64,000 bases of DNA from an uncultured Candidatus Micrarchaeota archaeon (GCA_963804175.1 CAWDPD010000001.1:62817-126816); one strand, 5' to 3'; shown: positions 47,161-57,487, counted from the first letter of the stretch. The notes: generated from the sequence alone by a model not told the origin. Program-made: numbers and translations.

Positions 47161-48378
47161 TCAGTTTAGCTGCGCATAGCCTGTAAGCCTCCACCTGTGC
47201 GCGAGGTTCCTCATCACGGCTATCTTGACGCTCCTGTCCACGCTTATCGGATGCTTCAATTCAATCTCAAGGTTGTCCTTCTTGACTTTCTTTATGTAGC
47301 CGAGCACCGTTGTCGTGCCCATTCCAAGTATCAGCGGCTCGTTCTCTGCAAGGTGCTGCTCGGGTATATCGTCGCGCTTCAGCTTGTGGTATTTTATCGT
47401 TAGGCTGCTTATTACCTGCGGCAGCTTCCCCACAAGCCCGGCAACGTTTCCCACAAGGCCGTCGGCCTTTGTGAACGTGGGGTCTATCTCCGTGGATATT
47501 CCTATAAGACCTCCGGGTATCGCCTCAGCGAGCTTCTCGTCGCCGTTGCTCATCTCTTTTACAACGGTTATTATAGATTCATATGACTCGCGCTTTGACT
47601 TTGCAGCCATTTTTATCCCTGGCCTTATCTCTATCTCCGAGCCGGATTTTAATGTTCCCCTTATAACCGCGCATCCGAGGACCCCTCCGGAAAGCTTATC
47701 TGCATCAAGCCCCGGCTTGTTTACGTCAAATGATCTTACCACGTACATCAACGGATCTGAGCTGAGGTCCCTTGCAGGGGCTTTCATCCTTGCGATGTGC
47801 TCTAGTATCACGTCCACATTCACGCCGAGGTTCGGCATCACGGGTATTATGGGCGCGCCCTCTATAGCGCTGCCCTTTATGAAATTCCTTATCTGTTTCT
47901 CGTGAAGCGTAGCCTTCTCCTTGCCCACTATGTCTATCTTTGTCTGCGCGATTATCACGTTCTTTATCCCCAGGATGTTTATTATCATGAGATGCTCCTT
48001 TGTCTGCGGCATGGGGCAGGGCTCGTTTGCGGCTATCACAAAAAGTATCGCGTCTATTACGCTTGAGCCTGCTATTGCCGTTGCCATGAGCGTCTCGTGT
48101 CCCGGAGCATCAAGCAGCGATATCCTCATGAGAGGCTTTGGCTCGCCCTCGCAGTCCGCGCACCTGTCAGATGTTGTGTATGCGCCGGCGCCCTCGCATT
48201 TCTCGCATTTTTTTATTATCGCATCGGCATAGCCCAGCTTTATGGTCATGTTCCTCTTTATGCTCTCGCTGTGCCTGTCCGTCCATACATGGGTTATCGC
48301 CCTTGTGAGCGAGGTCTTGCCGTGGTCTATATGGCCGAGAGTGCCCACATTAAGCACACTATGTCTTGTTTGGTCCAA
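47161..48378 (-). CDS. Translation initiation factor aIF2 gamma subunit
   Basis: The protein has NVGTLGHIDHGKTSLTRAI (G1), a zinc-knuckle CEKCEG...CADCEG and DAPGHE (G3). Confidence 0.9.
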   Translation of the reverse strand: MDQTRHSVLNVGTLGHIDHGKTSLTRAITHVWTDRHSESIKRNMTIKLGYADAIIKKCEKCEGAGAYTTSDRCADCEGEPKPLMRISLLDAPGHETLMATAIAGSSVIDAILFVIAANEPCPMPQTKEHLMIINILGIKNVIIAQTKIDIVGKEKATLHEKQIRNFIKGSAIEGAPIIPVMPNLGVNVDVILEHIARMKAPARDLSSDPLMYVVRSFDVNKPGLDADKLSGGVLGCAVIRGTLKSGSEIEIRPGIKMAAKSKRESYESIITVVKEMSNGDEKLAEAIPGGLIGISTEIDPTFTKADGLVGNVAGLVGKLPQVISSLTIKYHKLKRDDIPEQHLAENEPLILGMGTTTVLGYIKKVKKDNLEIELKHPISVDRSVKIAVMRNLAHRWRLTGYAQLN

Positions 48379-48389
48379 AAATCAACACC

Positions 48390-48794
48390 CTATTTCTCCT
48401 TGCCTTCTTCTTTTGGCTTCTTCGCGCCTTCGGGGAAGAGCTCGCTTGTGGGCCTGTCCCCGTATTCGACTATCACCGCGTTGACAAGCTCGGTATCGGT
48501 TGATATCGTGTTGCCGCGCACCGTGCTTCTCCTGTACTGGCCCTTCAGCTTGCCGGAGTATGCTACCCTCTTGAGAACCTTTGTCTTTATAGCGCCGGTT
48601 ATGCTCTTGTCCATCGCGAATCCGCTCTTGTCGCTGCCTCCGGTTATCTTCAGCCTGTAGCCTGACATGCCCAGCGCCGCGCCATCTATAACGTCGTTTA
48701 TCTTGTGGTTCATCAGCATAGATTCCTTGTCCTTGTCAAGCTGCATCTGCGAGCTTTTTCCGGTCTTTGGGTCTGAATATACTATTTTCATCAT
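48390..48794 (-). CDS. rps6e: 30S ribosomal protein S6e
   Basis: The sequence reads MKIVYSDPKTGKSSQMQLD...GYRLKITGGSDKSGFAM... Confidence 0.9.
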   Translation of the reverse strand: MMKIVYSDPKTGKSSQMQLDKDKESMLMNHKINDVIDGAALGMSGYRLKITGGSDKSGFAMDKSITGAIKTKVLKRVAYSGKLKGQYRRSTVRGNTISTDTELVNAVIVEYGDRPTSELFPEGAKKPKEEGKEK

Positions 48795-48795
48795 A

Positions 48796-50949
48796 TCACC
48801 TGTACATGTTCTCGGGCTCGTCCTTGAACCTCTTTATGCGTTCGGAGAGCTCCTTTGGTATTGTTGGCCTGACCTCCACAAGAGCAAGGTTGAAGTCCTG
48901 CTTTGTGACGATATCGCGCTGCGCCCTTATAGCTCCCATGCCTGCCTCCCTTACTATGTTCTCGATCTCGGCGCCGGTGTAATTGTCCGTTTGCTTGGAT
49001 AGCTCCTCGAGCGACACGTCCTTTGCCAGCGGCATGCGCTTGGTGTGCACCGCGAATATTGCCTTCCTTGTGGTCTCGTCCGGCATTGGTATCTCTATTA
49101 TCTTGTCTATCCTGCCTGGCCGCAGTAGAGCTGGGTCTATCATGTCCGGCCGGTTTGTGGCTGCAAGAACGAAGACGTTCTTTATTTCGGAGAGTCCGTC
49201 CATTTCAGTCAGCAGTGTATCGACCACTCGTTCCGTTACCATCGAATCTGTTGATTCTGCGTCTCTCGCATAGGCTATGGAATCTATCTCGTCTATGAAT
49301 ATTATGCAGGGTGATGCCATCTTTGCCTTCCTGAATATCTCCCTTACGGCCTTTTCGCTCTCGCCGACATACTTGCTCAGGAGCTCCGGGCCCTTGATGG
49401 ATATGAAGTTTGACTCGCGCTCGGTAGCCACTGTCTTTGCAAGCAGCGTCTTGCCGGTGCCTGGCGCACCTACAAGCAGTATGCCCTTTATTGGCCTTAT
49501 GCCTATCTTCTCGAATGCCTCGGGATTCTTGACCGGGAGCTCAACAGCCTCCTTCAGTTGCGCCTTCACCTCTTCTAGCCCTCCGATGTCGCTCCAGTGG
49601 ACGTTAGGCCGCTCCACGAATACCTCCCTGAGCGCGCTAGGCTGTATGGACGACAATGCCTCCCTGAAGTCGCCCATTGTAACATTAAGGCTCATCAGTA
49701 TCTCGTTTGGAACAGACTTCTTGTTTATTATCTTTGGAAGTATCTGCCTCAGCTCGGCCATAGCCGCCTCTCTTGCAAGCGCAGCTATGTCTGCACCTGT
49801 ATAGCCGTGGGTTATGTCCGCAAGCTCGTCAAGCTTCACGTCCTTTAGCGGCATGTTCCTTGTGTGTATCTGGAGTATTTCCTTCCTTGCATTCCTGTCA
49901 GGCACTCCTATCTCAACTTCACGGTCAAATCTTCCGGGCCTCCTCAATGCGGGGTCTATTGCATTGGGCCTGTTCGTGGCACCAACCACAATCACGTGGC
50001 CCCTTGTGCCCATCCCATCCATAAGAGTGAGCAGCTGAGAGACCATCCTCCTCTCTACCTCGTTCGTGGCCTCCTCCCTTTTCGGTGCAATCGCATCTAT
50101 CTCGTCCATGAATATTATTGTTGGCGCCTTCTCCTTGGCCTCGTGGAATATTTCCCTCAGCCGTTCCTCGCTCTCGCCCACGAATTTGCTGACAAGCTCC
50201 GGGCCAGATATGTATATGAAGTGCGCATCGCTCTCGTTTGCAACGGCCTTTGCAAGAAGCGTCTTGCCGGTTCCGGGTGAGCCGAAAAGGAGCACGCCGC
50301 GCGGCGGCTCTATGCCTAGGCGCTCGAAAAGCTCGGGATACCTTATTGGCAGTTCCACCATTTCCCTTATCTTCTCTATCTCGGTCTTCAGCCCTCCTAT
50401 GTCCTCGTAATGCACCTCTCCTATCTTCACCATCGATTCTGATACCGGCTCGTTCTTTATTACGACATCCGTCTCCTTTGTCACTTTTACTACTCCGTGA
50501 GGCGATACCTGGGTCACTATGAAATTGAAGACGTATCCGAACATCGGCACTGGCACAACGTCCCCCTTTATAAGCGGCTTGTCCTCAAGCCTGGTTTTGG
50601 CGTATTCGGAAAAATCCGGCGATATCGGCGTGCGCTGGTTTGGCGGGGGCGCAAGCACTATCTTCTCGGCTATCTTTACATCTGCCTTTGTCACGAATAC
50701 CCTGTCGCCTATTCCCACTCCTATGTTTTGCCTTATGTAGCCGTCTACCCTTATGAAATCAAGGCCCTCGTCAGGCTGGTGCGACTGCCAGACAACCGCA
50801 GCCGTCGACTTCCTCTTGCCCTTTATCTCGACCACGTCGCCGGATATCAGGTTCAGCATCTTCCTCGCTTTCGAGTCTATCCTGGCTACGCCTCGTCCGT
50901 CATCCGTTACCAGAGCCCCAGCGACAGTAAGTTCTATGCCTTCAGCCAA
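48796..50949 (-). CDS. cdc48: CDC48/VCP-type AAA+ ATPase (two ATPase domains, C-terminal HbYX-like MYR)
   Basis: The N-domain is [27 protein letters not shown]. There are two Walker A motifs ([15 protein letters not shown] and [15 protein letters not shown]) and two DEID Walker B motifs. The apparent start is TTG. Confidence 0.9.
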   Translation of the reverse strand: MAEGIELTVAGALVTDDGRGVARIDSKARKMLNLISGDVVEIKGKRKSTAAVVWQSHQPDEGLDFIRVDGYIRQNIGVGIGDRVFVTKADVKIAEKIVLAPPPNQRTPISPDFSEYAKTRLEDKPLIKGDVVPVPMFGYVFNFIVTQVSPHGVVKVTKETDVVIKNEPVSESMVKIGEVHYEDIGGLKTEIEKIREMVELPIRYPELFERLGIEPPRGVLLFGSPGTGKTLLAKAVANESDAHFIYISGPELVSKFVGESEERLREIFHEAKEKAPTIIFMDEIDAIAPKREEATNEVERRMVSQLLTLMDGMGTRGHVIVVGATNRPNAIDPALRRPGRFDREVEIGVPDRNARKEILQIHTRNMPLKDVKLDELADITHGYTGADIAALAREAAMAELRQILPKIINKKSVPNEILMSLNVTMGDFREALSSIQPSALREVFVERPNVHWSDIGGLEEVKAQLKEAVELPVKNPEAFEKIGIRPIKGILLVGAPGTGKTLLAKTVATERESNFISIKGPELLSKYVGESEKAVREIFRKAKMASPCIIFIDEIDSIAYARDAESTDSMVTERVVDTLLTEMDGLSEIKNVFVLAATNRPDMIDPALLRPGRIDKIIEIPMPDETTRKAIFAVHTKRMPLAKDVSLEELSKQTDNYTGAEIENIVREAGMGAIRAQRDIVTKQDFNLALVEVRPTIPKELSERIKRFKDEPENMYR

Positions 50950-51030
50950 TTATATAGCACCGATTAAACTAACAACTAAATCGTAAATGTAAAGAATCAA
51001 ATAAAATTAACAGTAATATTTAACAAAAAA

Positions 51031-51050
51031 ATCCTTTATACCTTTCTATT
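51031..51050 (-). promoter_or_regulatory. BRE/TATA-like element upstream of cdc48 containing a 13-nt motif shared with the small acidic ORF promoter
   Basis: The minus strand reads AATAGAAAGGTATAAAGGAT. The 13-mer AATAGAAAGGTAT (plus strand 51038-51050) recurs at 51256-51268. Confidence 0.3.
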
Positions 51051-51092
51051 GGTAAGAAGAAAAATAAGATTCATGAAAACTCAGGCAAAATG

Positions 51093-51209
51093 CTAGAACT
51101 CCTCGTCCTCCCCGTCATCGTCGCCCTCGTCATCGTCATCATCGTCATCGTCGCCCTCGTCATCGTCGTCGTCATCGTCCTTTGCCACTAGGTAGTATGG
51201 TATCTTCAT
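51093..51209 (-). CDS. Candidate small ORF (38 aa) encoding a poly-Asp/Glu peptide
   Basis: Hand translation gives MKIPYYLVAKDDDDDDDEGDDDDDDDDEGDDDGEDEEF*. It has an ATG start and a TATA-like element about 40-50 nt upstream, and sits on the same strand as cdc48, 143 nt upstream of it. It is below the ORF-track length cutoff. Confidence 0.35.
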   Translation of the reverse strand: MKIPYYLVAKDDDDDDDEGDDDDDDDDEGDDDGEDEEF

Positions 51210-51230
51210 ATGATCACTATACCGCTTCCA

Positions 51231-51268
51231 AGCTATTATAAATAGCTGTATTTAAATACCTTTCTATT
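51231..51268 (-). promoter_or_regulatory. Palindrome AGCTATTATAAATAGCT plus a TATTTAAATA / AATAGAAAGGTAT element in the divergent intergenic region
   Basis: The inverted repeat AGCTATT-ATA-AATAGCT lies at 51231-51247. The 13-mer copy lies at 51256-51268. Confidence 0.3.
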
Positions 51269-51385
51269 CACCCATTTGTCGCGTATGATTTTTGGGGAAA
51301 AAGTATTTATACAGCAAAAGACCAAATAGATTGATGTTGCGCATGCCAACTGCTTGAGAGATCAAGCGGGGCAATAGGCGATGAT

Positions 51386-51826
51386 ATGAGTTTAAGAAAT
51401 ATGACGAGCTGCAGTTCTGAGGTTCGCGTACTTTTTGATGAGCAGACCAACAGCTTTACTGTGATACGGCCTATAGGCGGGGTCAATCAGATCAGGACTG
51501 TGGAGCACAGGTACGATCCCGACAGAGCAGAGGGCGTTTTCTCTTTGCTGGGAGACAACATAGAAATACCATACGCGCTTAAAACTGGCAGTGAAAAAAT
51601 GAAAATGCACATATCAGATTCCGAGGGCTTCAGTTCCGTGTTTAATGACATGAGGAAATCAGAATCATTCAGGCTTTTTGTCCTGCCAGCAATGGAGGCA
51701 TGGGTTGGAAGGCAGAATAACGGCAACGGCACCGTGATCGTCTATCCAAAATGGGTCAGGGAACTGGAATCCAGGCACCTAGGCGGCCAGATCATCGGTT
51801 CCTTGAGGCTGGGCCGAAGCTCCTGA
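51386..51826 (+). CDS. Hypothetical protein (146 aa)
   Basis: This is a clean ORF. No family was recognised. Confidence 0.4.
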   Translation: MSLRNMTSCSSEVRVLFDEQTNSFTVIRPIGGVNQIRTVEHRYDPDRAEGVFSLLGDNIEIPYALKTGSEKMKMHISDSEGFSSVFNDMRKSESFRLFVLPAMEAWVGRQNNGNGTVIVYPKWVRELESRHLGGQIIGSLRLGRSS

Positions 51827-51984
51827 TGCACTCGCAAAATCGAGGCGGGGAGGCATAGATTTTTATATCTTCTATTATAGAAGTATATGTATTTTGCTCT
51901 CTATTCTGGGCGCTTTGGCAACGGGGCTAATTTTCTTAGTCTCATTATAAGGTATCAATAGTTTGACGTTAAAATGGTGAATCA

Positions 51985-53253
51985 ATGGCAGATAAACCAC
52001 ATTTGAATCTAATCTTTATAGGACACGTTGACCACGGAAAGTCAACAACAGTTGGAAGGCTTCTCTACGAAACCGGCGCAATAACTGACAGGGACATAGC
52101 AAGGTACAAGGAGCTTACACAGCAGTTCAACAGGCCGACATTCGAATTCGCGTTCGTCATGGACAGCCTGAAGGAAGAGAGGGAGCGTGGTATCACAATA
52201 GACATCATGCACAAGGACTTCCAGACGCCAAAATACTTCTTCACGATAATAGATGCGCCGGGTCACCGTGACTTCGTAAAGAACATGATCACAGGAGCAA
52301 GCCAGGCTGATGCTGCAGTGCTTGTGATAAGCGCTGAGGAGGGCATAAAGCCGCAGACAAGGGAGCACGCAATACTTGTAAACGTTCTTGGGGTGCCGCA
52401 GCTGATAGTAGGAGTAAACAAGATGGACATATCCAATTACAACCAGCAGAAATACGATGCAATAAAGACTGAGGCAACAAACCTCCTGAAACAGCTGGGA
52501 TTCAAGACTGACAAGATACTTTTCGTGCCCTATTCCGGACAGATGGGCGAAAACGTTGCAAAGAAGTCGGAGAAGATGACATGGTACACAGGGCCAACTC
52601 TCCTGGGAGCGCTTGACACTCTTACAGTTCCTGAAAAGCCCACAAGCAAGCCATTGAGATTGCCGATACAGGACGTATTCAGCATATCCGGATTCGGCAC
52701 AGTGCCTGTAGGAAGGGTAGAAACAGGTATAGTGAAAGTAGGCGAACCGATAGTGATCATGCCAAGCGGCGTCAAGTCAGAGGTGAAGAGCATTGAGATG
52801 CACCACAAGCAGATGCAGCAGGCAGAGCCAGGAGACAACATAGGATTCAACATAAAGAACGTGGACAGGAAGGACATAAAGAGAGGGGACGTGATAGGCC
52901 CGACAAGCAGCCCGCCAACTGTTGCAACAGAATTCACAGCGCAGATAATAGTGCTGCACCACCAGAATGTGATTGCGCGCGGATATACTCCTGTATTCCA
53001 CATACACACGGCGCAGCTTGCATGCACAATAACAGACATACTGGAGAAGAAGGATCCAAAGACAGGACAAACAGCGGAAAAGAATCCTGAGACGCTTAAG
53101 ACAGGTGACGTGGCAGTAGTAAAGATAAAGCCCACAAAGCCCATATGCCTGGAGAAGTTCAGCGAATTCCCGCAGCTTGGAAGGTTCGCAATAAGGGACA
53201 TGGGGGAAACTGTCGGAGCGGGCATAATCCTTGAGGTTGTCGCGAGAAAGTAG
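51985..53253 (+). CDS. tuf: Translation elongation factor EF-1 alpha
   Basis: The motifs are NLIFIGHVDHGKSTTVGRLL, DAPGHRDF and NKMD. Confidence 0.95.
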   Translation: MADKPHLNLIFIGHVDHGKSTTVGRLLYETGAITDRDIARYKELTQQFNRPTFEFAFVMDSLKEERERGITIDIMHKDFQTPKYFFTIIDAPGHRDFVKNMITGASQADAAVLVISAEEGIKPQTREHAILVNVLGVPQLIVGVNKMDISNYNQQKYDAIKTEATNLLKQLGFKTDKILFVPYSGQMGENVAKKSEKMTWYTGPTLLGALDTLTVPEKPTSKPLRLPIQDVFSISGFGTVPVGRVETGIVKVGEPIVIMPSGVKSEVKSIEMHHKQMQQAEPGDNIGFNIKNVDRKDIKRGDVIGPTSSPPTVATEFTAQIIVLHHQNVIARGYTPVFHIHTAQLACTITDILEKKDPKTGQTAEKNPETLKTGDVAVVKIKPTKPICLEKFSEFPQLGRFAIRDMGETVGAGIILEVVARK

Positions 53254-53265
53254 TGATGTGGATAG

Positions 53266-53574
53266 ATGACAACTGCCATAATAAAGCTAGTAAGCACAGT
53301 GGCAAAGGACATAGACGCGATAGCGGGACAGATAAAATTCATTGCTACTTCTATAAACGTTGAATCAAGAGGGCCCGTGCCTCTTCCGACTCGCAGGCTG
53401 TCGCATACAACAAGGAAAACACCGTGCGGTGACGGCAGCCACACCTACGAAAAATGGGAGATGAGGGTGCACAAGAGGCTTATCATAATAGACGGAAGCG
53501 AACAGGCATTAAGACAAATAATGAGGATAAGGGTGCCTGACACTGTGCAGATAGAAATAAGCCTTGCGGGTTAA
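53266..53574 (+). CDS. rps10: 30S ribosomal protein S10 (uS10)
   Basis: The sequence reads GPVPLPTRRLSHTTRKTPCGDGSHTYEKWEMRVHKRLIII. The gene lies directly after tuf, as in most archaea. Confidence 0.9.
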   Translation: MTTAIIKLVSTVAKDIDAIAGQIKFIATSINVESRGPVPLPTRRLSHTTRKTPCGDGSHTYEKWEMRVHKRLIIIDGSEQALRQIMRIRVPDTVQIEISLAG

Positions 53575-53613
53575 GCTGTATCTTATTTTGATTAGATTGC
53601 ATTTTTAGCGCTC

Positions 53614-54033
53614 TTACTGTATAGGATATAGCTGTTTCTGCGGTTGGTGCGCTGATATTAGCTCCTCCACAGCAGCAGACCTTAATTCCATTTCAGCATT
53701 ATCAAGACCTTTATGCCTATCTTGATGTGCGGCAAGAGCGGTTTTCCTCTGTTCTGAGGTAAGATTCTGTTTAAATGCCAATAATACTGCCTCGTGGGGC
53801 CTGTCGTTTGCCACGTGTTCCGCAAACACTGCCATCGTGGCTCTTGCCATATGATCCTCAGATAAATCAAAGGATCTTTTTGTGATATTCAACTCTTTGA
53901 AATTTTCATTCCTTAGATGGGATACTACACGCACCATCCCGGCCTCTTCCTTCCTGTCGCGTGCCGTGCTTCTCAGTAGAACTTTTAGCACAGGATCATT
54001 CGTGTTGACATCTATAGTCGCCATGCTTCCCAT
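53614..54033 (-). CDS. Hypothetical protein (139 aa)
   Basis: This is a clean helical ORF. No family was recognised. Confidence 0.45.
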   Translation of the reverse strand: MGSMATIDVNTNDPVLKVLLRSTARDRKEEAGMVRVVSHLRNENFKELNITKRSFDLSEDHMARATMAVFAEHVANDRPHEAVLLAFKQNLTSEQRKTALAAHQDRHKGLDNAEMELRSAAVEELISAHQPQKQLYPIQ

Positions 54034-54142
54034 TGCATCACTTATACAGAATATATGAATAAACTCATATTTATACTTTACTTTTGGGGGTATTGTCGCA
54101 TAATCGGCAGGCCTAAAGCGACAGTTAGTCGTGGTCCATGTT

Positions 54143-54742
54143 TTATTTTCTAACCTTAGATTTTCTCTTGCTCCTTCTACTCATAACCATCATAACAAAA
54201 ATGGCATTACTAACGGTTAATGATGCAGGATACAAAAATGTTGTTATGTTTAATGAACCCAAAGCGAAAAGAGAAATGAAGAAAGCTATAGAACTTAATG
54301 CAAAAACACTTACCGCTTCCTCTTTTGGTTTCCTGTATGCTTTCCTGAATGTCGGTATAAATCCGACAACATCCACGCCAGTTACAATTATAACGCTCCA
54401 CACCGGACTTGTAGTTATTACCCAGAGGGCTATGCCAAATAAGGCTACAACAAGGCTTGCTTTATCAAGATTGGTTATCTCCTTCTCTCCCCTGAATAAG
54501 GCTATTACAAATATTATCATGTTCAGTAATGCGGGAGCGCCCACCGCCCACGCACCTGCACCGCCGCCTTTGCTTGTTGATGCAAAGAAAACAACTGACT
54601 GCAATATGCCCCATATCAGCCAAGAAAACGCATGCGGTTTTATCTCTCTTTTGATTATGTCCTTAAAGTAAGGGATGTAGCCGGCCAGTCCGATAATCGT
54701 TGCGATAATACCGAGTATAATCTGATATACCAATAATTGCAT
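54143..54742 (-). CDS. Hypothetical multi-pass membrane protein (199 aa)
   Basis: The protein has 6-7 TM helices and a basic C-terminus SRRSKRKSKVRK. Confidence 0.55.
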   Translation of the reverse strand: MQLLVYQIILGIIATIIGLAGYIPYFKDIIKREIKPHAFSWLIWGILQSVVFFASTSKGGGAGAWAVGAPALLNMIIFVIALFRGEKEITNLDKASLVVALFGIALWVITTSPVWSVIIVTGVDVVGFIPTFRKAYRKPKEEAVSVFALSSIAFFISLFALGSLNITTFLYPASLTVSNAIFVMMVMSRRSKRKSKVRK

Positions 54743-54813
54743 AATTGCTATTGTGAGCTAGGTCTTATTAGACTTAGCCTGATTAAAAACAGAAGCCCTG
54801 CGCAAAACTGCCC

Positions 54814-55578
54814 TCAGCTCTTTTTCCCGTAGATGAATACCACTGTGATGCTCTCGGTGACCGTGCTGCTGCCACCATAGTACTGCGGCGGCACCGTGGT
54901 GGTGATTCCTGCTGGTACTGCGCCTGCCCCGGATGAGTAGCTGTAGGGGTATACGTAATAGCTGTTTATCGTGATGTTTGTGGAGTATACGGTGCTGTTA
55001 TTGCCTATCAGGGCGTCGGCCTGTGCCGTTGCATTGGCAAGCGCCAGTGAAAGCGCCCTGGTGCGCATGGCGCCTATCTGCGTGCCTGAGAGCTGGGAGA
55101 TTGTATCGGTAACATACACGTTTGGTATGCTGGAAAGCGCGCCTATTGCCTTGCTCACGTTGCTTATGTTGGGTATGATGATGTCAACGCTCTCGGAGGC
55201 AGAATAGCCGCTTTTGTTGTAGATCTTGTATACGTTGAAGTAGCTTGTGGATATCCTGCTTGCGTTCCCGTTCACGTATTTCAGTATTGTTGAATTGAAT
55301 TCGTTAAGCGTTCCTGATAGGTTCTCTACAGCAAGCTGGTTGGTCTGGCCGGTGCCGTTGATGCTGGCATACAATACCGCCTGCGAGGTGGTATTTGCCA
55401 CTGTGCCAGATGCGGATATCGTAAGCGCGTTCATCTTTGTGCCGCTTCCCTGGGAACCAGAGCCTTGAGATTTGAGGCTTAGCACCGCAAACCCGAAGAA
55501 TATTATCAGCGCGATTATTATTACGAACAGTATTGTGATGTAGGGCATCGACTCGTTCCTTGGCTGATCGTTTTTCAT
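54814..55578 (-). CDS. Anchored extracellular protein, possibly SIMPL/DUF541-like
   Basis: The protein has an N-terminal TM segment. The pattern ...TISASGTV...SVDIIIPNISNVSKAIGAL...IGAMRTRALSLALANATAQADAL resembles DUF541. The assignment is from memory. Confidence 0.45.
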   Translation of the reverse strand: MKNDQPRNESMPYITILFVIIIALIIFFGFAVLSLKSQGSGSQGSGTKMNALTISASGTVANTTSQAVLYASINGTGQTNQLAVENLSGTLNEFNSTILKYVNGNASRISTSYFNVYKIYNKSGYSASESVDIIIPNISNVSKAIGALSSIPNVYVTDTISQLSGTQIGAMRTRALSLALANATAQADALIGNNSTVYSTNITINSYYVYPYSYSSGAGAVPAGITTTVPPQYYGGSSTVTESITVVFIYGKKS

Positions 55579-55644
55579 TGAATCATCTGTTGCTATTCTG
55601 TATTGGCTTGAATGTTTAATAAGGCTTGCTGCATCTGTAGGTTT

Positions 55645-56199
55645 TTACGAGGACTTGCCAAGCAGGCTGCCGCACTTGCTGCAGTACTTCGCTGATGCCT
55701 TGTTCTTTGTGCCGCAGTTGTTGCAGTATATGTATGAACCGACGCTGGTATCGGGGTGCTGCACCTTGTCCTGCACGTCCTTTTCCATCTCAGCTGCAGC
55801 ATCAAGCCTTTCCTCAAGCTTCTTGTTAAGGTAATCGGTAAGCTCAACCGCGTCCTTGTTCTTGAGCCCGTCTATCTCACCTTCCTGCTTTCCGCTAGCC
55901 AATAGGCCCTTGTCTGTGTCGTAGCCCTGCACCCTTACGAAGACTGTTGATGTGACGATCCCGTGCTCCAGCCTTACGCTAACTATTGCGGTGTAGGGAA
56001 CAACCTCATAGTCCTGCCGCAAACCAAGGGATGCCCTGTTTATTATTATGAGCCGCTTGTCAGTGACAACTACGGTAGTGGGTGTTATAAGCGAACCTCC
56101 AGGAAGAAAACGCCTCTGCTTTATTGTGCCCTCTACTTCCTCTTGGGGCCAGAGTATCTTTTTTGCCAGTCTAAGCTCAGTCGCATCTATCTGCATCAA
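55645..56199 (-). CDS. Bacterial-type PH (DUF304/YdbT-like) domain protein with a C-terminal zinc ribbon
   Basis: The PH-like region is LITPTTVVVTDKRLIIINRASLGLRQDYEVVPYTAIVSVRLEHG. The zinc ribbon is YCNNCGTKNKASAKYCSKCG. Confidence 0.55.
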   Translation of the reverse strand: MMQIDATELRLAKKILWPQEEVEGTIKQRRFLPGGSLITPTTVVVTDKRLIIINRASLGLRQDYEVVPYTAIVSVRLEHGIVTSTVFVRVQGYDTDKGLLASGKQEGEIDGLKNKDAVELTDYLNKKLEERLDAAAEMEKDVQDKVQHPDTSVGSYIYCNNCGTKNKASAKYCSKCGSLLGKSS

Positions 56200-56263
56200 A
56201 CCATAAATACATTGGCTGGAAAGGATTAATAAGATTTAGCATTGTCTTGCTTGTGGTATTAGA

Positions 56264-57331
56264 ATGACAAAAATAGTCAGAATCAATCCGTTAAATCCAG
56301 AGAAGCATATCATAAAAGAGGCAGCGGATGTGATAAGGAAAGGGGGCACTGTGGCCTTCCCTACGGAAACAGTGTACGGAATAGGGGCCGATGCCTTCAA
56401 CGGCAGCGCCTGTGCCAGGATATTCGAGGCGAAAGGGAGGCCCGCGGACAATCCGTTGATAGTGCACATATCGAACCTGAACCAGCTAAAGGATGTGGCA
56501 AGAGAGATTCCAGAGGATTTCATGAATGCGGCAAGGATACTATGGCCGGGTCCGGTTACATTCATACTCAAGAAAAACAGTAGAATACCTGATGAGGTAA
56601 GCGCTGGGCATGACACGGTTGCGGTAAGGATGCCTGCGCATCCGGTTGCGCTAAGGCTGATAGAGGAAAGCGGAACACTTATAGCTGCGCCGAGCGCAAA
56701 CACCTCCCAAAAGCCTAGCGCGACAAGTGCCGATCACGTAAGGGCTGACCTTGACGGCAAGATCGACATGATACTGGACGGAGGAGACACGGCATTTGGA
56801 ATCGAATCCACAATAATAAACATGACGGTAAAGCCCCATATACTATTAAGGCCGGGGTCTTTTACGATAGAGGAACTGGAGAAATACCTAGGGAATATAA
56901 TAATACCCGAAGGGCCCAGCATGATGATGTATGAGGCAGGCGCTCCTGTTGCACCGGGAATGAAATATAGGCATTATGCACCGGACAAGAGGCTGGTAAT
57001 GGTCGTTGGGGATGAGCTTCTTGTAGAGGCATCAGAGATAGCAGCAAAAAGGAGGAATATTGCTGTACTGTGTAGCAATGATGTTGCAGAAAAATTAAAC
57101 AAAGGTGTAAAAGTTATAAGGCTGGGAAACAGGGGGAATCTCTACGAGATAGCAAAGAACTTATTCGATGCCTTCAGGAGGCTCGACAGAATGGATATTG
57201 AAACTGCATTTGTCCAAACCTTCCCGGAGAGGGGCATGGGGCTGGCGCTTATGAATAGGATATCAAAAGCCTCGGCTTATAGGCGAATTGACAGCATCAA
57301 GCAATTGGATGATGCATTACAACAAACCTAG
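56264..57331 (+). CDS. sua5: L-threonylcarbamoyladenylate synthase (Sua5/TsaC family, long form)
   Basis: The sequence reads GGTVAFPTETVYGIGADAFN...GRPADNPLIVHI...AAPSANTSQKPSAT. Confidence 0.85.
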   Translation: MTKIVRINPLNPEKHIIKEAADVIRKGGTVAFPTETVYGIGADAFNGSACARIFEAKGRPADNPLIVHISNLNQLKDVAREIPEDFMNAARILWPGPVTFILKKNSRIPDEVSAGHDTVAVRMPAHPVALRLIEESGTLIAAPSANTSQKPSATSADHVRADLDGKIDMILDGGDTAFGIESTIINMTVKPHILLRPGSFTIEELEKYLGNIIIPEGPSMMMYEAGAPVAPGMKYRHYAPDKRLVMVVGDELLVEASEIAAKRRNIAVLCSNDVAEKLNKGVKVIRLGNRGNLYEIAKNLFDAFRRLDRMDIETAFVQTFPERGMGLALMNRISKASAYRRIDSIKQLDDALQQT

Positions 57332-57382
57332 CCGCTGGGAATATTTATATATGTTGAAAAGCTAAATTTGATATAAATCTGC

Positions 57383-57457
57383 GCTCCTATCGTCCAGCTC
57401 GGCCAAGGACACTGGGCTTTCAACCCAGGAACTCGGGTTCAAATCCCGATGGGAGCA
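57383..57457 (+). tRNA. tRNA-Glu (anticodon TTC)
   Basis: The sequence is GCTCCTATCGTCCAGCTCGGCCAAGGACACTGGGCTTTCAACCCAGGAACTCGGGTTCAAATCCCGATGGGAGCA. The anticodon arm is CTGGG-CTTTCAA-CCCAG. Confidence 0.85.
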
Positions 57458-57487
57458 ACGGTTTGAAGTTTAAACAAAGGGTGTAGC

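Noticed and set aside
51096-51185. A GAT/GAC/GTC-rich tandem tract was considered as a microsatellite or a degenerate CRISPR-like repeat.
   Set aside because: There is no repeat-spacer organisation. The tract is strictly 3-nt periodic and framed by ATG and TAG, so it is better described as a candidate acidic small ORF (reported as a finding).
52530-53444. A 304-aa ORF lies antisense to EF-1alpha. Similar long antisense ORFs occur at 42030..42698 (DnaG), 47315..47905 (aIF2-gamma), 49277..49804 (Cdc48) and 20837..21259.
   Set aside because: These are mirror-frame ORFs opposite strongly conserved genes. Their products are Ser/Leu/Cys/Pro-rich low-complexity sequence with no family resemblance, and there is no independent start or promoter context.
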